Assembly (NCBI GenBank): GCA_018992685.1
Contig: JACVGT010000031.1
Location: 11,631 to 75,630 of the forward strand
Origin: Theionarchaea archaeon
Lineage (GTDB): Archaea; Methanobacteriota_B; Thermococci; Methanofastidiosales; SZ-28-30
Length of the DNA stretch: 64,000 nt
Direction of reading: 5' to 3'
In this document: piece after piece, positions 61,101 to 64,000 of the stretch
Position numbering within the stretch: position 1 is the first letter of the stretch
Layout: each line of letters begins with the position of its first letter
Translations under genes and position numbers: made by a program
Notes under the pieces: model-generated
Told to the model about the DNA's origin: nothing
Seen by the model: only the letters and a program-made list of their open reading frames with translations
The model's database searches: none

Positions 61101-63293
61101 AGTTCAGGGTCGTTGATATCCACTAAAGACAGAGGAGGTAATCAAGTACAGTTCAATTACGATGCCATAGGGAGACTAGCTCAATTGCAGTACCATGACG
61201 GATCTATCGTTTCCTTCTTCTACGACTTGAATTCCAATGTTGTGAAAGTCGTAGACAATTGTCCCAACCCTGGAGATCATACAGAATATAAGTATGATGC
61301 TTGGAACAGAGTTGTTGAGGAAACAAGGCACATCTCATCACAAGAATACACAATAATGGCCGAGTATAGTGTGATCTCCCAGCTCGAGAAACTCACCTAT
61401 CCTGATGGAATGCAAATTCTCTACTCCTATGATGACCTTGGAGAATTGACTGAAATCAGAAGGTATGTGGACGGAATAAATGATGAAGTGTTGATTCACA
61501 ACGCTCTTTACAATTCGAAGGGATTCTTGACTCAATTCCAGTATGGGAATGGATTGTTGGCAAGTTTCTCTTACGATGTGAGAGATAGGCTCAAGACTGT
61601 GGATCTTTGGAATGAGACAACTCCATATCTGGAACTGGACTATACATACGACGGCAACAGCAATGTTGTTCAAGTAGAAGATCGATATAGGAGCACAAGT
61701 GGTTCTTACTTGCCAATTGATATCAGATGCTATAGTTATGATGGATTGAATCGGCTGGTTTCTGAGACGCGTAGTGGCATTGCATCTCATACCTACTCTT
61801 ATGACAGAGTCGGGAACATGATGTCGAGAGATGGCATTGTCTACACAGTTAATTCCATGAGCGAAGTGACCTCGTTGAGTGACGGAACTGCCTTTACTTT
61901 CAACGCAACAGGATCTGTGACAGGGAAAACCAAGGGATCTGATTCATGGACATACGTTTATGACGAAGCAAATCGGTTAACTAGATTAGAGAAGAATGGA
62001 GAAACACTGGGAGAGTACGTGTACGATGCGATTGGAAGAAGAATTCAAGTCACCGAAGATGGAGAAACCTCGACCCATGTATACTTTGGCAGAGGACTCT
62101 TGTTTGAAGAGAGTATGTCAGGGAAGAGAGCGTATATTTATGGGCCAGGCGGAAAGCTTGCAGAGAGAAAAACAGAAAACGGAGTGTCCAGCACCTTTTA
62201 CTATCATCTAGACCATCTTGGTTCTACGAGGCTGGTAACAGATGAGAGCGCGAATATTGTAACGACGGTCACCTATCACCCGTTTGGTGAAATTGATGTT
62301 CAGGAAGGCTCGGAAGACTACTTGTTTTCTGGAAAGAGAAAGGATGCATCAGATCTATACTACTTTGGAGCACGGTATTATGATGCCGAGCTGGGAAGAT
62401 TCCTTACAGTTGACCCAGTGCCAGGCTCTGTTGCGAGTTCTCAATCCATGAATCGTTATAGCTACTGTGCTAATAATCCCGTATCTTACATAGATCCTTG
62501 GGGAGAACGGACGGACATTCCTGCCGACGTACGTGAAGCATATTATGAATATAGAAAGCAAAAAGAAGCTGAAGAAACACCAATTACTCGCAAGATTGGT
62601 ATGTCAGTTGATCGTCTGAGAAACAAGTGTGCCTTCTACACTGTTCCTGGAGTCACAGTATATCCAGGCTTTGAGCCTGGTGACAGAATCACTGTGGATG
62701 GCACTGAGTACATACTGGATTCACCGATTTTTGTGAATGGGAATATAGGGGTTGCAGTTGCTTCTTACATTGCAGGAACACAGTCTGAAATCTTCTGTGA
62801 ATATACAGGGGACACCCATCCGATATACACCTACGAAAGCGGACTCTTGATCTTCTTCTTTGATGAAGATGGTGAAATAATGAAAATCACTTTCGTCCCC
62901 TTAAAGGATCTTCCAGGTAGACTTGATTCGACAATGTCCTGGTTGATGGCACAGACACTGAATGATGTGATAGAGCATTGTGGGGGGGACCTCACACTTC
63001 TGCAGGATTTGTGTTATGCTCTCCAAGGATGGTGTGAGTTGATGTCAGATAGAGTTGCGGAGGCGGAGAAGATATGGAAGGATCTCAAAATGACTAAAGA
63101 GGTAACGGAGTGGCTGCTCCGATTCGCCGGTAAATCAATCCCCGGTGGGTTTATCCTTAGTTTAGTTTTCAAGCCTGTTGACGCACTACACGCAGCACAA
63201 CTACGATTCTGGGAGAGCTGGTTCCACGCTTTGAACTGGACGCAGTTCTACTGCAGTCACCCTGAACTAATCCCAACATTGGATGGAAGATGA
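58164..63293 (+). CDS. RHS/YD-repeat protein with RHS core and uncharacterised C-terminal domain
   Basis: WL..AQYPVTIDPT; TDLAVPGRGLDL..TRTY; many YD..GR repeats; YYHLDHLGSTR; YYFGARYYD..LGRF..VDP...NRYSYC.NNP...IDPWG. Confidence 0.95.
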   Translation: MIDEEGLEWLRQAQYPVTIDPTMETFEDAWETSGFQPYGQYFQDIGGTVGILNGHLNVTQTDLAVPGRGLDLVITRTYETPAVFHMAEPYGYTPCPIDIGKGWRLDFPYVGDDYIYLMGGGAYKIDWVNSAFENHIGSHFILVKNPDNTYALTVADGTICRFSTDGKPTQIIDKDQNAITFNYDGGTLVSLTDTIGRTVAFSYSDGRLKKILYNGAEIEYGYNSNGNLIWVDDFLDRRTSYYYDSDWWEWADGVTFYQKENVYLLSKVVYSTGGYTVYDYGRFSYEEVYGDDGTCLDYFKYYVEDERAYETNQVRHTVFSYSGSFHAIIGCVMAIKDEADVVQGYYDYSIDMNTGLVTQGVTSDASGVAFRKLKYSYNSRKEVIKVEVYNDGTNLSYTEYYAYDNWGNLVYARQPEGHEQFFSYANTSTSGFFIDDTGTVMCNFTNAVSNCPVPSSVHTALLGQAEKQDEVHVKEVYLTYDSEAHPVQQESLFGNYTTWITFSGTFNEETNSTSFPIGLTDHTVVGNAVLEITGLPSDDIYSESLSVTCPLPPCQWCSGYWSGKYYSARWINCYPVFPPDCDEGNVSIGPFAHHPGTLGYQSYTTDPIMSSNQCSQKTSSLTVTTNWRAYPVQVLSNLDGAAWKQVTTNLMNGTSRITVPIEDGSHTLNFSESSSQKTKFSWTLHVPVDNFPETHAMTLGFDTYGNIVSATGPDETTVSMSYSPEYGHAYRTEVSAMAGDQFIVHRATYDYYMGWMTSHTNPDGTDYQYAFDILGRIIKREYPLLEGQSERSYEEAIYDDAERTTTIIDPLRHYVVTYYDRLGRRVLVNAFEGSYGSGTTHASTTFAYRYDGRLVSMTDSDSNTFYYSYDFLGRCTQKIAPDSTQVSYYYDDTNNEVTFVDANGFGRRAWYDWLGRLKKLEEEYSADAFAVTTIQYNKIGQITSLTDAENHVISCFYESLFGPTRQTFSDGTSQEYVYDSSGSLISTKDRGGNQVQFNYDAIGRLAQLQYHDGSIVSFFYDLNSNVVKVVDNCPNPGDHTEYKYDAWNRVVEETRHISSQEYTIMAEYSVISQLEKLTYPDGMQILYSYDDLGELTEIRRYVDGINDEVLIHNALYNSKGFLTQFQYGNGLLASFSYDVRDRLKTVDLWNETTPYLELDYTYDGNSNVVQVEDRYRSTSGSYLPIDIRCYSYDGLNRLVSETRSGIASHTYSYDRVGNMMSRDGIVYTVNSMSEVTSLSDGTAFTFNATGSVTGKTKGSDSWTYVYDEANRLTRLEKNGETLGEYVYDAIGRRIQVTEDGETSTHVYFGRGLLFEESMSGKRAYIYGPGGKLAERKTENGVSSTFYYHLDHLGSTRLVTDESANIVTTVTYHPFGEIDVQEGSEDYLFSGKRKDASDLYYFGARYYDAELGRFLTVDPVPGSVASSQSMNRYSYCANNPVSYIDPWGERTDIPADVREAYYEYRKQKEAEETPITRKIGMSVDRLRNKCAFYTVPGVTVYPGFEPGDRITVDGTEYILDSPIFVNGNIGVAVASYIAGTQSEIFCEYTGDTHPIYTYESGLLIFFFDEDGEIMKITFVPLKDLPGRLDSTMSWLMAQTLNDVIEHCGGDLTLLQDLCYALQGWCELMSDRVAEAEKIWKDLKMTKEVTEWLLRFAGKSIPGGFILSLVFKPVDALHAAQLRFWESWFHALNWTQFYCSHPELIPTLDGR

Positions 63294-64000
63294 GGAAGAG
63301 AATGAAACACTTCTTCCATTCTTTATTCTTTTTATTCATTACTATTGGTGAGATTAGAATTGAATTCGGAGTCGAGGATTCAGTCTGGATAATGAAGACT
63401 GCGGCGAAGTTGGAACGGTGAATATGGCTGTGCAGAGCTTTCCGCGGATGCAGTCCACAGTCTTCCCTTCAGGGCCAGGAATCTTCACAGAATTGATATG
63501 TTTGTCACAAAAGGCCGGAATACTCCAAGTCCGCTTCAATGAACAGGAAGATGAATAGTCCCATTACAGTCCCCTAGTTCAGTGAAAACCCCGCACTTGT
63601 CTTTGAATTGGAATAGGATTACATTTTTACTCTAAATGAAGTATAGCCTTATCTGAGATCTTGAAACTGTAATAAGGAGGGACATGGGCAACAAAAGCAA
63701 AGAGGGACATGGGTAACACTGTGGCAGAAGGTCATCCCGTTGGACGTGGTAACAGAACGATGGAGATTACTCCAACTGCTGGAGGGAGGAACATCTCACA
63801 ATGACAGAAGCGTGCCATTGGCGTAGTGTCTCTTGGAAGACCTACTGCAGGTTGAAGAACCGGTTTAGAGAAGAAGGAATTGATGGATTAAAGAATCGAT
63901 CCCGTAGACCTGGATCATCACCTAGAAAGACCGATGTTGAAATTGAATCTGAAATTGTCAAAATCAAGGCCGAATTCCCTCGATGGGGAGCATACAGGAT

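Noticed and set aside
242-63539. Numerous antisense and alternate-frame ORFs in the supplied track
   Set aside because: They overlap well-supported genes and have no motifs, so they are treated as shadow ORFs.
1-64000. CRISPR array, cas genes, rRNA, SRP or RNase P RNA, transposase, integrase
   Set aside because: No regularly spaced repeats or diagnostic motifs were found by eye. A covariance-model scan could still find small RNAs.
15741-64000. Integrated element at tRNA-Cys
   Set aside because: I found no duplicate of the tRNA 3' end and no integrase in the window.

Overview
Archaeal chromosomal window. Evidence for this is TFS, L13e, class V FBP aldolase/phosphatase, an Rqc2/RqcH homologue, DUF2099, DUF835, GGTGA/GGAGG Shine-Dalgarno motifs and TATA-box promoters. 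The gene content suits an anaerobic heterotrophic euryarchaeal lineage such as Theionarchaea, which is inference only. Bases 1-52,000 are mostly housekeeping and redox genes: thiolase, an ABC exporter, an Orange-protein-like Fe-S/NifX/Mrp cluster, cysS next to tRNA-Cys, a Pol II-like family B polymerase, a Lon-like protease, an oxidative-stress-like operon (EncFtn-like ferritin, SOR-like/cytochrome b561 fusion, 2-oxoacid:ferredoxin oxidoreductase, peroxiredoxin), hdrCBA-mvhD and a frameshifted class III aminotransferase. From about 52,400 to the end is an accessory region. Two diverged copies of an RHS N-terminal module share an exactly identical 144-bp block that brackets a 5-kb segment. This segment carries an operon truncated at both ends (radical-SAM-like remnant, ASCH-DUF4186 fusion, TylF methyltransferase split at a -1 slippery heptamer, P-loop kinase) and an orphan histidine kinase. 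A 1,709-aa RHS protein follows with no intact immunity gene. The best candidates for something undescribed are the ASCH-DUF4186/TylF/kinase operon with its repeat-bounded RHS locus and the exported SOR-like/cytochrome b561 fusion. No CRISPR array, rRNA, transposase or integrase was seen. All family assignments come from motif recognition by eye, not database searches.
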